A DNA stretch of 64,000 bases from Octopus vulgaris (GCA_951406725.2 OX597823.1:49414001-49478000), one strand, 5' to 3'. Counted from the stretch's first letter, positions 1 to 13,119 are shown. Translations and numbers: made by a program. Notes: a model not told the origin generated them from the sequence alone.

Positions 1-276
1 TTTGGTAAACAGAAACTGAAAGAAGACCATCGTATATATGTATATATCTATGTATGTGTGTGTATATGTTTGTGTGTCTGTATTTGTCCCCCACCCCTCA
101 ACATCGCTTGATAACCGATGCTGGTGTGTTTACGTCCCTGTAACTTAGCAGTTCGGCAAAAAAGACCGATAGAATAAGTACTAGGCTTACAAAGAATATG
201 TTCTTGGGTCAATTTGCTTGACTAAAGGCGGTGCTCTAGCATGGCCACAGTCACATGACTGAAACAAGTAAAAGAG
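1..276 (+). mobile_element. SINE family A, 3' part (tRNA-headed, CORE-like, internal TA/TG microsatellite)
   Basis: Matches the full copies at 15848 and 33457: ggaaactgaaagaag..(TA/TG)n..gtaacttagc.gttcggcaaaa..gcatggccacagtca.atgactgaaacaagtaaaaga. Confidence 0.85.
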
Positions 277-290
277 TATATATATATATA

Positions 291-493
291 TTAGGTTGGT
301 GCATAATTATTGCGGCTTTTTTTCAATAAATTTTATTCAACAAGAAATTTAAAGCACCAATTTAAACAAAATGCCAAGCAGAAATTGAAGATGGTGAATA
401 TCCTCCAGAATAATCATTTAAAGATGTTTTTGTTAAATGTTGTTATTGTTTTTGTTGAATAAAAGAAGCCACAATAATTATACACCAACCTAA
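291..493 (+). mobile_element. Mariner-type MITE / internal deletion derivative
   Basis: TIRs ttaggttggtgcataattattgcggc and gccacaataattatacaccaacctaa, flanked by TA on both sides. The TIR resembles Hsmar1/MADE1 ends, and the interior reads ..AEIEDGEYPPE*, like a mariner C-terminus. Confidence 0.85.
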
Positions 494-497
494 TATA

Positions 498-1635
498 TCA
501 TCATCATCATCATCATCATCGTTTAACGTCCGCTTTCCGCGCTAGCACGGGTTGGACGGTTTGACCGGGTCTGGGAAGCCAGGGGCCGCTCCAGGCTCCA
601 GTCTGAATCTGGCAGAGTTTCTACGGCTGGATGCCCTTCCTAACGCCAACCACTCCGTGAGTGGATTGGGTGCTTTTTACGTGCCACCTGCACAGGGGCC
701 GGAGGGTCCGGCATCGTCACGATCGGATTCGAGCATTTTAACGTGTCAGCGGCACGGGGGCAACGAGGTCCGGGGTACTTTGGGGATCGGGGTATTTTGG
801 GGATCCAGGGTACTTTGGGGATCCGGGGTACTTTGGGGATCCGGGGTACTTAGAATGGGTAGGGGGTACTTAGAATGGGTAGGGGGGTACTTAGAATGGG
901 TAGGGGGTATGTGGAATTGCTGCAGAAAGCAGCCCGGGTCTTTGTAGTCACAGCATATCTCCAGAGATCTCGGTCCTTCGCCATTGCCTCAGTGAGGCCC
1001 AATGCTCTGAGGTCATGCTTGACCACCTCATCCCATGTCTTCCTGGGTCTACCTCTCCCCTGATACCTTCAACTGTTTGGGAGTGGCACTTCTTCACACA
1101 TCTCTCTTCATCCATCCGCAGCACATGACCATACCATCGCAAGCGTCGCTCTTGCACACCACATCTGATGCTTCTTATATCCAGCATTTCTCTCAGGATA
1201 CTTACACTCTGTTTTGCGTGCACACTGACACTACACATCCAGCGGATCATGCTAGCTTCATTTCTTTCAAGTCTACGCATGTCTTCTGCAGTCACAGCCC
1301 ATGTTTCATTACCGTGAAGCATGGCAGTTCGCACACATGCATCATATAATCTACCTTTTGCTCTGAGGAGAGGCCTTTTGTTGCCAGTAGGGGTAGGAGC
1401 TTTCTGAACTTTGCCCAGGCTATTCGTATTCTAGTGGTGATACTCTCTGTGCATCCACCTCCGCTACTAACTTGGTCTCCCAGGTAGCGGAAACTATCAA
1501 CTACTTCTAGTTTCTCTCCCTGGAGTGTGATGGAATCTGTTTTCTGAGTGTCTGTTGTGTCTATTGTCCCTGTGCATCTGCCGCACATGAAAGCTATCTT
1601 ATCTGTTAATTTCCCTTTAATGTTGCTACACCTCT

Positions 1636-1639
<4 letters not shown>
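498..1639 (-). mobile_element. RTE-clade LINE, 5'-truncated (ORF C-terminus, 3'UTR, (GAT)n tail)
   Basis: Frameshifted ORF pieces LEVVDSFRYLG..RIRIAWAKFRKLLPLL and MLHGNETWAV..ERRLRWYGHVLRMDEER are typical of the RTE post-RT region. They are followed by the conserved module ggcgttaggaagggcatccagc..gacgttaaacgatgatgatg. Confidence 0.9.
770..909 (+). repeat. G-rich minisatellite in the RTE 3'UTR (18-nt unit x~4, then ~20-nt unit x3)
   Basis: ccggggtactttggggat repeats followed by ggggtacttagaatgggtag repeats. Confidence 0.85.
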
Positions 1640-1695
<56 letters not shown>

Positions 1696-1742
1696 TATAT
1701 ACATACACACACATATATATACACACATATATACACATGCAC

Positions 1743-1775
<33 letters not shown>

Positions 1776-1835
1776 CACACACACACACCAGTAGCCCTTT
1801 GTCATCATCAGCATCATGGTCATTATAATTATCAT

Positions 1836-1885
<50 letters not shown>
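1640..1885. repeat. Compound microsatellite (TA)n/(CA)n then (CAT)n
   Basis: Seen directly in the sequence. Confidence 0.95.
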
Positions 1886-1887
<2 letters not shown>

Positions 1888-2111
1888 TCATTGTCATTGT
1901 CTTCATAAATATTACTCATACTTTTTTTTTCACATAAATTTGATCATAACTGGATGAGTTTAAGAGAATTATCACTTCTTGACTTTATTCTTTCTGTCAA
2001 TGACATTTTTATTTATTTCTGTTTGCTCTGATTCACTAAAGGTAATACTTAAATCAACTCGTGCATGTTAATCTTCCTTTTCTCTCCACGTGTGTCACCA
2101 TTTCTCGTTAA

Positions 2112-2336
2112 CCTTTTTGTTACCATATTTATTTTGAGCTGTTCTGTGTTTCTTTCAGTTAATCTTAAATATAACAAAGAAGTTAGCAAAATAACTTAGT
2201 TATCATTAAGCTAGTGTTAGGAACATAAATTGTGACTAAGGTTTGGTGGAAGATTTTAATTCAAAACTTATGAAAACAAGACATTTGTATTACAGAGGCA
2301 GAGGTGATTTCAGCCAGGCTGCTATCAAAAGATTTA
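2112..2336 (+). mobile_element. piggyBac-type MITE family 1, degenerate copy
   Basis: Near-identical internally to 8319-8539; ttaa at both ends, TIRs decayed. Confidence 0.8.
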
Positions 2337-2564
2337 AAACCATGACAATATTTTTTTTTTCATACTGTTGTCAACATGTATTGTCATCTTTTATTTCTAT
2401 ATTAATTCCATACAATCAGAGAGTAAGTCAGATTTTTCTCTGGTAAGAAAGATAAGAGAGCAATATATGGTCGTGTATCACTTGAAAAAAAATATAAGAA
2501 AAATCACTTAAAATGTTTAAATTTCTTCATTGGATGGTACTACATTATAAGACATAGAGTAAAA

Positions 2565-2895
2565 GAGCTCCTTTGGTGATAAATGACTGTGGGATTGCAC
2601 CTAGAAAGTTACTCTCCAAGACACAAGTCTGGGCAAGGTTGTTTAAGGAAGACCAGAAGTTGCCCATGCAAACCAGCTTCCCTTTTCCATGACACCGATG
2701 CTATCCAAGGAAAAGGTAAAGGCTGATAAAACTTGGTACCAGTGATGTCACAACTCATTTCTACAGCTGAGCAAACAGGAGCAACATGAAATAAAGTATC
2801 TTGCTCAAGAACACAATATACAGCGTGGTCTAAAAATCAAACTCACTACTTCATGATTGTAAGCCAAGCACTCTAACCATGAGCCATGAACCTTC
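2565..2895 (-). mobile_element. SINE family D (tRNA-headed, with a tgttcttgagcaag..tgctcc.gtt..ctcagctgtagaaatgagt body)
   Basis: The reverse strand has a tRNA-like head (ggttagagtg..gtgagtttgatt) and a conserved body shared with 34400-34620. Confidence 0.7.
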
Positions 2896-2936
2896 ACTAT
2901 TATTAGATATATCAGCATTATTGTCTCCATCATCAA

Positions 2937-3150
2937 GGCAGTGTACTGGCAGAATCATTAGCATGCCAGGCAGGATGCTTAGCAGCATTTCGTTCATCTT
3001 TACATTCTGAGTTCAAATACTGCTGAGGTTGACTTTGCCTTTCATCCTTTCGGGGTCGATAAAATAAGTACCTGTTGAACACTGGGGTTGATATAATCAA
3101 CTTATCCCCTCCCCTGAAATTACTGGCCTTGTGCCAAAATTTGAAACCAT
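2937..3150 (+). mobile_element. SINE family B (tRNA-headed, Nin-domain-like body)
   Basis: ctggcagaatc.ttagca..ttctgagttcaaat (A/B-box-like), then gactttgcctttcatcctttcggggtcgataaaataagtacc; more than 10 copies in the window. Confidence 0.85.
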
Positions 3151-3612
3151 TATTATCACCACCATCATCATCATTATCACCATTATAACACTGTAGGACT
3201 TGAACCCAGGGCTGTCTGGCTGGGAAGCAAGCTTCATACCAAACAGCTATTTGTACTCTTTAAAAATATTATATGTGAGTTTTGCTCCAAGTGAATATTA
3301 TGTCATATAAGAGTAAGTTAAATTTGACTTGAGAATTCAGAAGTAGATTTAAACTCAGTGACTCAGAGCCTATTATACAGTAATATCATACATGCTAAAA
3401 AGACCCATCTATATGGTTACACAACTTGGTAGAAATGGCAGTTAAATCATGTATTTTTTAAAAAAAAGACATTGCATTTGCATTAGTGTGACCATGTTGT
3501 AAGAAGCTTGTTTGCCAGCCAACTACAAGGTTCTATGTTCAGTCCTACTACTATAGCCTCAGGCCAACTAAAGCCTTGTGAGTGGATTTGGTAGACCAAA
3601 ACTTAAAGAAGC

Positions 3613-3663
<51 letters not shown>

Positions 3664-4328
3664 CAACATTTCACAGTGAAAAGCAGCTTCACATAAGCTT
3701 TGGAAAACCTGATATATGCACTAACCTGCTCTGGGTGTCAAGAGCAATACATAGGCCAAACAAAAAACAGTCTACATCAAGGATGGCTTTGCACAGATCT
3801 CAGATCAAAATTCCCCAAAACAGAAAAATAGCATTCATAATTGATAGGATAGGATAGGATGGTCATATCTGGCACACCTTTGTTTATAGGTTTGTTCCTA
3901 TATCAAGAATGACCTGAAGCTAAACAACAAAAGCAATGATAGTGATATCTCTGCTTGCAGTGGCATATTGACTCAGTCATGGTGTCCATTTATTGCTAGT
4001 TGAACCGGAATTATTTAAGAATGAAATGGCTGGACCATCAGTAGAACTGATAATGAGATAGAAATAATTGTTCCTTCATTTAACATTGCAACACCCTATT
4101 GATTCATTCAGTTACAAGTCTCAAAGAGAGTATGATCTCCATAAAATATATAGCATTAGTTTTTATGAATCTTTATTCTGATTTACTTTGTCATAAAGTT
4201 TTGCACACCCTATTTCAGTGCCTCTGCTATTCTACCAAACACAACATTTCTTCTGTGCTATAAACATGACAAATATTTTATCACAATATTATCTTTTAGT
4301 CCATTTCCTTTTTTTATAGATGTCTCTG

Positions 4329-4360
<32 letters not shown>

Positions 4361-5459
4361 TTTTTTTTTTTTTATGTATGTCTCTATTAATATTGTCACC
4401 GAAGTGAAGAAAAATAAAAAAAAAAACACAATAGACAAGGTTCACCTATGAAGCCTGAGCACACAAAATGCTGAAGCAAGTTCACATGCTGTAAAATGAA
4501 AATATCAATGTTACCTTAATGATTATGAACTATAAACCGTAACTGAAACAACTAGTGACAACACTGCATGACTTGGCATTATTTCTGGTGTTCTTGGCAT
4601 GTATATAGATGTATGTCACATGTATGTGTTGACATTTATGGGCAATAGCACATGTGTGTGTGTGTGTTTAGGATGTATTCAGTAGGTAGGCTGCCTATCA
4701 AACTTATAAATTTATGTTTTGCGTAGTAATGTTTTTTACTGTATATGTTTGTAAATATCAAAGCAGTCGTTTTTATGTTGCTTACATTTGTTACCTTTGA
4801 GCATAAACACAAAGACAGGAGAAAACAGCTGTCTTTACATTGTTCACATTAAAGGAAAAAAAGCTAAATTTTAAAATGTTTACAGGCTCACAAATTAATC
4901 AATTGTTAACATGTGAATATTGACTGAGAGAGAAAGAGAGAGAGAGGGAACTTTAAAGAAATTCCCTTTTTGAATACATATAGTTTCCCTAGTGATGGCA
5001 GTTATTACAAGGGGGATAATTATTTCCTCTTAATGTGAGTAGGGGTTAGAATTTTGAATGTGAAAGTAAGGAATTACAAGATAAAAGATGCATAGAATTC
5101 ACATATTTATTTATTTTTCCTGTTTACTTATAACAAAGTTCTTGTAGGTTTTAGCACTATTTCATTTTTTTTAGAAATCACCAGCATGATATAACTTGTG
5201 ACCTATTAATTAATCATTTTTTTACTAAGTGAGATATTTCGTTAAAGATGAAAATACTTACAATCTGGAGGAAATTCATTAAAATATTTTCCTTAATTGT
5301 ACAAGACATTTTAACATACAAACAAAAAAACATTTCTTATATTACGTACATTGGATTTAACTTTCCTCAGCTGAGATTCAAGGGGAAATGTTAAAGGGTA
5401 AAAGATATATATAAAGTATCTTTGTTATTCTTTGTCATTTTTTACTAACAGACCAGTTA

Positions 5460-6345
5460 CTTTTCCATCGCTGGATCCACTTCTACCCCTCATTTTCACT
5501 ACCATCTTTTCCAACATATTTTCTATTGCCTTTAGCCATCTTTCTTTCCTCTGCCATGCTCCATCTTAACACCCTTTCATATCTTCTATCATTTTCAATA
5601 CCCTCTCATATCTGCTGTCATACTCTCTTACTATAGCACTTTTATGTACCTCTACATTTCCCTTCCCACCACTCCTACATCTTGCCCATCATTCCCCTAT
5701 TTTCTAATCTATTATCCTTCTCTATACTGGTAATTTCCACCAACTACATCTCCACCCTTATTTATCAATCATTACATTCACCTTTGCCCCTCCATCTCTA
5801 GCAATTTGTTACTCATCTCTCATACTCTTATGAAACTACCCTCTTTTTCCAACACCTGCTCTACTGTCCACACCCTCTTTAATACTCCCTTTTTTATATC
5901 TTGCAATGCTCTATCAACTCACCATCATTGTCTCCATTCCAGCCACTCCCACCCTTATATAATGTCAGGTAGCCTTAAATCTCCTTTATAACAAGACACC
6001 AGTGTTTGTCCCTTTATCACACTTTGGCCTCTCAACACCTAGCATAACCCCACCTCTCAAATACCTCACCACCACCACCACCACATAGACATGGGTTGCT
6101 TTTTTCCTATTCTTTTCATGTCTTGCAAGTTACTTGGAAACCTTCCTTGTGTTAATGACATAAAAAGCCACCCTGTGCACATTGTAAAGTGGTTGGCATT
6201 AAGAAGGGCATCATCCAGCTATAGAAACCATGCTAAAGCTGATACTGGAGCTCAGTGCAGCCCCACAGTTCATCAGATGCTGTTAAACTGTCCAACCCAT
6301 GCCAGCATGGAAAACGGACGTTAAAAGATGATACTGATGATGAGA
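5460..6345 (+). mobile_element. RTE-like 3'UTR: long C/T-rich tract plus conserved terminal module
   Basis: Module gtggttggcattaagaagggcatc..ggacgttaaaagatgat. The same C/T-rich tract plus module layout is attached to an RTE ORF at 58215-59600. Confidence 0.6.
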
Positions 6346-6974
6346 AGGATTATGGTGAGACCAAATGATAAATTCTATATTTTATAGCCTTTACACATAC
6401 ACACTTCACCCCTTCTTTGCCCTGAAGGTTCTGAGAGTCCAAATTTGAAAATTATTCAGTAACTAAAGAACCGGTTCTTTCAAATTTTTAAGACAAGAAT
6501 GTGAAGAATCAGTTGAACAAGTTCTCAGAAAGATGATAAAATAGCTATGTTACAGGGTTCTTTAGCAAAAGTACAGAATTAGGTACATTTGGACAGTATT
6601 TGTATGAGTTATTGTCCCATCAGTCAATTGCGTTCAAGAGTTGATTGAGAAACAAGACCCTTATATCTACTCCTGTGACACACAAACTGTTTCATAATCA
6701 CACAAAATTTCTTGGTGCCCCATATTTTGTGCTTCTTTGCATATATTTTCTCAATCATTCACTCACTCTCCCTCATTCTCCCCCTCTCTCTCTCTCTCTC
6801 TCTCTCTTTCTCCTTCAGCTATATCTGTCTATAGGTTCTACAAAGAGAATATCAGGCTTAAAAAAAACTACTCATGTCAATTCATTCAACAAAAAATTCT
6901 TCAAGGTGGTGCCCCAGCATGACCACAGTCTAATGAATGAAACACATAAAGATAAAAGAAAAAATATACAGAGA

Positions 6975-7280
<306 letters not shown>

Positions 7281-7841
7281 TTTTCACAAACATAACCTTT
7301 GGCTTTTCAAACTTTGTATTAACATAGTAAAAACTTTCCCATCCCTTGCACCCTTCCTTCTCAGAAAGCCACCCAACTATGCATAATGTATTTCCTCCTT
7401 GGATGTAAGAATAAAGGAATAACTATCAATGAGTCTAGGTGTTTTTGATATATGTTCATTATAAATATATTCATGTATGGAAAGAACTGAAGCAGAATGT
7501 GCTATGTCAGAGAAATTAATGAAATTTCATAACGTTGGTTTATTTAACTTATTTATTTATTTACTTTTCATTTAAAATAGTTAATTCTGTAAAGTGTTCG
7601 GTCCATGACATCCATTTATAAATTTGAGCAAATAATGTATATCTTCTTTGGTTTCATATAATCACTACCATCTCTCATTTCAATTCATTTTACGCCAATA
7701 GTTTTGTTCCAACCAAACAATCTTTAATTTGATGACTTTTATCATTAGAGGAACTTTTGGAAAACAGTTTTACTCATTCAAAGATACAGTATTAACAAAC
7801 ATTCAAAGAAAACAAAAACAAATACAGTTTTCTTACATATA

Positions 7842-8610
7842 CAAGTTCTGATCGAAAAGTATCAGGGCTATTGCTATGGTAACAGAGTTAAAGTACACAG
7901 AGTGAAGCTACTTGGCACGAATTAACCTTGAACTTTGTCACACATGTACATTAAGTTATAACATTCTTGCTCACTTCGGTTGTTTATAGCAGTGATTGAA
8001 AGTAATGTGTGTAGAGTGGGGTTGTCTCAAAAAGAAGATTGGGCTTTAGCTGCACAGGATCTTCTTGACTGTGTCAAGGAAGACAAATACATTTTTGAAA
8101 ATGGACATAACAGGGGGTAAATCGTGGGTCTGTGGTTATGGATCCCAAAACAAAGGGAAAAAGCGAATCCTGCTTGAAAGGAACATGACCTCAAGATGTC
8201 AAGGCGATCCAAGAGAATGCAACAAGGTAACTGCTGATTATTCCTCAAAAAGAGTTTCAGGAATGCTTCCATCAATGGAAATGACAGTGGATAAAATACA
8301 TGGCTTCAAGGAGATTAACCCTTTCATTACTGTATTTATTTTGAGATGCTCTGTGTTTCTTTCAATTACTCTAAATATAACAATGAATTTAGTAAAATAA
8401 CTTAGTTATCATTCAGCCAGTGTTAGGAACATAAATTGTGACTAAGGTTTGGTGGAAGATTTTTATTCAGAACTTATGAAAACAAGACATTTGTACTACA
8501 GAGCCAGAGTCGGTTTCAGCTGGGTTGGTAATGAAAGGGTTAAATGCCAAATTGATGAGATGTAGTATTTTTTTATAGAACCAGTACTGATACTTTTTGA
8601 TCAGACCTTG
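7842..8610 (+). mobile_element. Deleted mariner element interrupted by a piggyBac-type MITE
   Basis: TA-flanked TIRs caagttctgatcgaaaagtatcag and ctgatactttttgatcagaccttg. Relic motifs ITGGKSWVCGY-DPKTK (the TGDESW.YGYDPETK motif) and FQECFHQWK. Confidence 0.85.
8319..8539 (+). mobile_element. piggyBac-type MITE family 1
   Basis: TTAA target duplication (8315-8318, 8540-8543) with TIR CCCTTTCATTAC..GTAATGAAAGGG. Confidence 0.9.
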
Positions 8611-9109
8611 TATTGTTTTAATCCTATTTTCATTTGTATGGAAATAAGCCACTTGGTCTTCATTAAACTTAGTCAATAAATTATTTATTTTGCAGAGGTT
8701 TCCCCACCCAACAAAATTTTTTCTTTCGAGGTTTTTTAAATTTTAGTCTGCTGAAGAATTTGCTATGGCAGTTCATATGAATTTACTTTCTTCAGTTGAT
8801 GCCCAGACATGGCTGTGTAGCAAAACGTCTTCTTGCAAACCACATGGTTCTGTTCACTCTCACTGCCTGGAACCCAGGTAAGTGTCTTCTATTACAGCAA
8901 AGCAATTGGTACTTTAAGGAATAACTTTGATGTTACACTGAATGTACAGGCCATTGTTAAATCATTTCAGTAGCATATCAGTTTTTTGTTTCTATAAGAA
9001 GAGATCCCATTTCTTTAAAAAGGAATTCTGTGAGCACTACCTAAAACTTTACTTATGATAAGAACAGTGATGAATCTCTAAAAAAGAAAAAGATAAAGAA
9101 GAAACAATC

Positions 9110-9260
9110 TCAGTACTTGATTAGTTCTTTAATTATTAACCCTTAAAAATATGGAAGGCGAAGTTGACTTCAGCAGGATTTGAAATCACAGTGCATGGAG
9201 CCAAAACAAGTGCTGCTAGTTATTCTATCAGAAGCTCTAAAGATTCTGTCAATTTGCTCC
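9110..9260 (-). mobile_element. SINE family B, degenerate
   Basis: aaggcgaagttgacttcagcaggatttgaa..; reverse complement of family B. Confidence 0.6.
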
Positions 9261-10214
9261 CTTTTACAATTGAATATACTTAGCCCGTATAAAAAAATCG
9301 GACTTAAGAATTTATAAATCCGTATTTTATTCGCTAAATTATAGATAACACCTAACGTTAGATATGTAATTTAAGGTCATAAAGTATCTTATATCAATGA
9401 ATTAATGTTGCTAGAAACGCATTAGTTGTTCTGAACAAGGAAGTTGCTTTCAAAGGATAAGTTATATAAAGTGTCAGATGTAAGGAGACTGCTGTTTGAA
9501 GGTTGTGATCTGGAAAATTAAGTTATAAAACTCTTTATACATCTATATTTCAGAAAAGAATTAAATTAAAGAGTTAAATACCTGAAGAGTTAGGAAAGAT
9601 TAGACTATAAACTTCATTTTATGTATTTTTATTTCAGCTTGAGTATTCCTTGATTCTCAAGACTTCAGTATTTTGATTGGGTTAAACAAGACACTAAAAG
9701 ATATAAAAGGTTCATTATTTTTACTAATAATAGGCTTCTTTGAAGATTAGTTAACCTTCTTGCTCCACAAAAAAAAGAACCAAACCTATAACTCTGCCAG
9801 TGATCACATTCAGCTTTTCCTTTCTTTAGTTAGTTTATTTCCCACACAATATTGAGTGGCAAGCATATTGATCACTGCCAATTCCATGAAACTCTTAGCC
9901 AATAGAATCTCTACAACCAATTTCCTTAGTTTTGATGAGCCAATAAGGGATGACTCTATATTATGGTCATTTGACATACTAGAAAAAGCAGCCAAATACA
10001 CCTAAGCTCAGAGCACATTCTCTCATCTTAACTAAGGGAAAAGACAACACTGTTGATCTACACAGCCCTGGAAAAAAAGGATAATGCCCTTAATCATAGG
10101 CCTATTGAAACAGGGTTAACTTGAGAAAAATCAAAACAACATTTGAAATGGCTATACCTAGATTAAATTTATACTTTTCTTCTTTCCTGGGCCAATTTTA
10201 CCATACTAACCTCA

Positions 10215-10420
10215 AAATTTGGCACAAGGCCAGCAATTTCAGGGGAGGAGTAAGTAAATTACATCAACTCCCAGTGCTCAACTGGTACTTATTTATTGAA
10301 CCCAAAAGAATGAAAAGTAAATTTGACCTCAGCAGAATTTGAACTCAAAACACAAAGACAGATGAAATGTCACTAAGCATTCTGCCCAGCATGCTACTGA
10401 TTCTGCCAGCTTGCCACCTT
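10215..10420 (-). mobile_element. SINE family B
   Basis: Reverse complement of the 2937-3150 type. Confidence 0.8.
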
Positions 10421-10764
10421 GCCCATTTTTACCATATTGCAAACTACGTTTATGGGAGAAATTCAGGACTTCTCTTCATCAACAAAACAAATATAGAGTT
10501 TTCTTTTACTGGTCCCAGTCAATGGATTGCAGCCATGCTAAGACAACAACATCGATGATTTTAGTTACATATATAACTTGCAATATTATTTCAGGATGAT
10601 GCTTAGATTGCCAATCTTGATATACTGACTGGCAAGTTAATTTTGGAAAGTAAAAAGGTGCAACCTGAAATATCCACAAAGACATATTCACATGTAGACA
10701 TAAATACACACATGTATACATATATGTATGTACAAGTGTGTGTGTGTATGTATGCATACATACA

Positions 10765-10796
<32 letters not shown>

Positions 10797-10806
10797 CATA
10801 TACATA

Positions 10807-10986
10807 TATCTGTAAATGTAATATGTGACAATTATTCAGTAGCCAAGATAAAACTCCGAGTTTTGGATGCCGAGGTGGAAATCCACTCCACCTGAAAGAT
10901 GGTGGAGTGGATTTCCACCTCGGCATCCAAAACTCGGAGTTTTATCTTGGCTACCGAATAATTGTCACATATTACATTTACAGATA
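10807..10986. repeat. Long inverted repeat: 86-bp arms, 8-nt spacer, 1 mismatch
   Basis: 10807-10892 is the reverse complement of 10901-10986; spacer is tgaaagat. Confidence 0.95.
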
Positions 10987-11152
10987 AATTCTTCTATTTA
11001 CATAATATTGAGGTCTCTTTCTTTCTTTTGTTATCTTACCGATTTTATCAATATATATGTGTGTTGTGTGTGTGTGTATATATATATATATAACCCATCT
11101 CATGATGGAAGATGGACGTTAAATGATGGTGATGATTATATATAGAAATAGG

Positions 11153-11207
<55 letters not shown>

Positions 11208-11749
11208 ATAGATACTGTAAGAAGCCCATTATATGAGTTTTTGTTTGTGCCCTGCACTGCTTGTGAACTAGTGTTGGTTTGTTTATATCCTTGTAACTTA
11301 GTGGTTCAGCAGAGCAGAATCATGAAACAAGTGCCAGGCTTTAAAAAATACAATAAGAACTGAGGCTGATTTGTTCGACTAAATCCTTCAAGTATAAGAT
11401 AAAAGATAAAGACACACACACACACACACACACGCGCGCGTGCGCGCGCACACACATATGTGTTGTCCCTCCTTGTACGTGGTACTCTGTATGTACAATC
11501 TCACTTTAGCGTGGTTTTGATTATGTTCAATTTTTTTACCGCTATAAGTATATCATATGATATACTGCTTCATCATTTCACCATTGCTGCTCGAGTATTT
11601 TCTTTTTTTAGTTTCGCTTTCATTTTCTTATATTTCATTTCTTAAACAGAGAGAAAGAGAGCACACTAAAGTAGTTAAATATAACTTAGGTTATACTTAT
11701 TTTTTGTGTTTTATTAAATGATTTTGAGATTAAATGATGGTGTTTCATA

Positions 11750-12390
11750 TGTTAAACTAAAAATGGATGAAAGGTTGAATTTTCTAGAAATGAAAATTGA
11801 AATATTAAATCAACTTCAGAATGAACAGGGCTTGACAGAAACCACTAGACAGTTTAATATAAGTGAAGCGACTGTTTGAATAATAAAATGAACTGAAGGA
11901 AAGAAAGATCAAAGCAAATATAATCACATAAATTTGTAATAATATTATGTAAACAATGGTAAAAAAGGTTTATTGTTTTGGATAGAAGATAAAATTCCAA
12001 AAGTATTGCTTATGAACAGCTTGCTATATGGCAAAGAGCTGTGAGAACTTTTAATTTGATCAACATTATAAATCAAAAAAGAAATTAACTACCTGTATTT
12101 TGAGCAGTAAGGATTGGTGTATAAAAATGCTTTTAAACTGGAGCTTTCTATATATATATATATATACATATATCAAATTGCATAGTGAAAGCAGATCAAG
12201 TGACAAGGAAACAATGTAAGAATTTGTATCAGAATTAGTTAAAATAATAGGTTTCTATTGAAAAATAAATTTAATGCTGATGAAACTCATCTATTCTGGG
12301 ATAAAATACCAAAAAGAACTTTTATATCAAGAATAGGAAAATGGTTAGCAAATTAAAAGCATATAAAAATTAAGTCACATAAATATCATG
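11750..12390 (+). pseudogene. Tigger/pogo-like transposase relic (N-terminal HTH to first catalytic D)
   Basis: Fragments LEMKIEILNQLQNEQGLTETTRQFNISEATV, LLFWIED and FNADETHLFWDKIPKRTFIS, with many stops. Confidence 0.8.
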
Positions 12391-12414
12391 CAGATGTATT
12401 TTCTTATGTGCTAC

Positions 12415-12652
12415 CTGTTTCAGTCATTTGACTGTGGCCATGCTGAAGCACTGTCTTGAAAGGTTTTAGTCGAACAAATCAACCTCAGAAATTTTTTTTT
12501 TTTTTGAAGCTTAGTACTTATTCTCTCAGTCTCTTTTGTCGAACTGCTAAGTTACAGGGATGTAAACAGACCAACACCAGTTGTCAAGCAGTGGTTGGGG
12601 ATAAACACAGACATAGAGACTCACACATAGATATTTACATATGTGTGTGTGT

Positions 12653-12710
<58 letters not shown>

Positions 12711-12845
12711 AATGGGCTTCTTTCAGTTTCTTACTACCAAATCCACTCACAAGATTTTGGTTGGCCTGAGGCCATAGTAGAAGGTGCCATGAAGTGGGAC
12801 TGAACCCAGAACCATGTGATTGAGAAGCAAGCTTCTTATCACACA
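12415..12845 (-). mobile_element. SINE family A
   Basis: Reverse complement of family A including the internal (TG)n tract. Confidence 0.85.
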
Positions 12846-13119
12846 TATGATCATTTTTATCCTTGTTTCAATAAATAGTTGTTTAGATTTTGTTCTATTT
12901 TTACTATTGCTAAATATCATTAACCATATCTTTCTTGATTTATACAACATCAATGTGCATAGTGACTCATGGAATTGATCTACTCAGTAAACCAATGGAA
13001 AACTGTAAATACACACACACACATACATACATACATACATACATACATACATACATACATACATACATACATACATACATACATACATACATACATACAT
13101 ACATGGTTCACCTTTAAAT

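Noticed and set aside
4446-4488. Minus-strand small exon after ttttcattttacag
   Set aside because: Weak donor and no recognisable protein similarity.
10603-11145. Two ORFs sharing the start MPRWKSTPP on opposite strands
   Set aside because: A trivial consequence of the palindrome, not duplicated genes.
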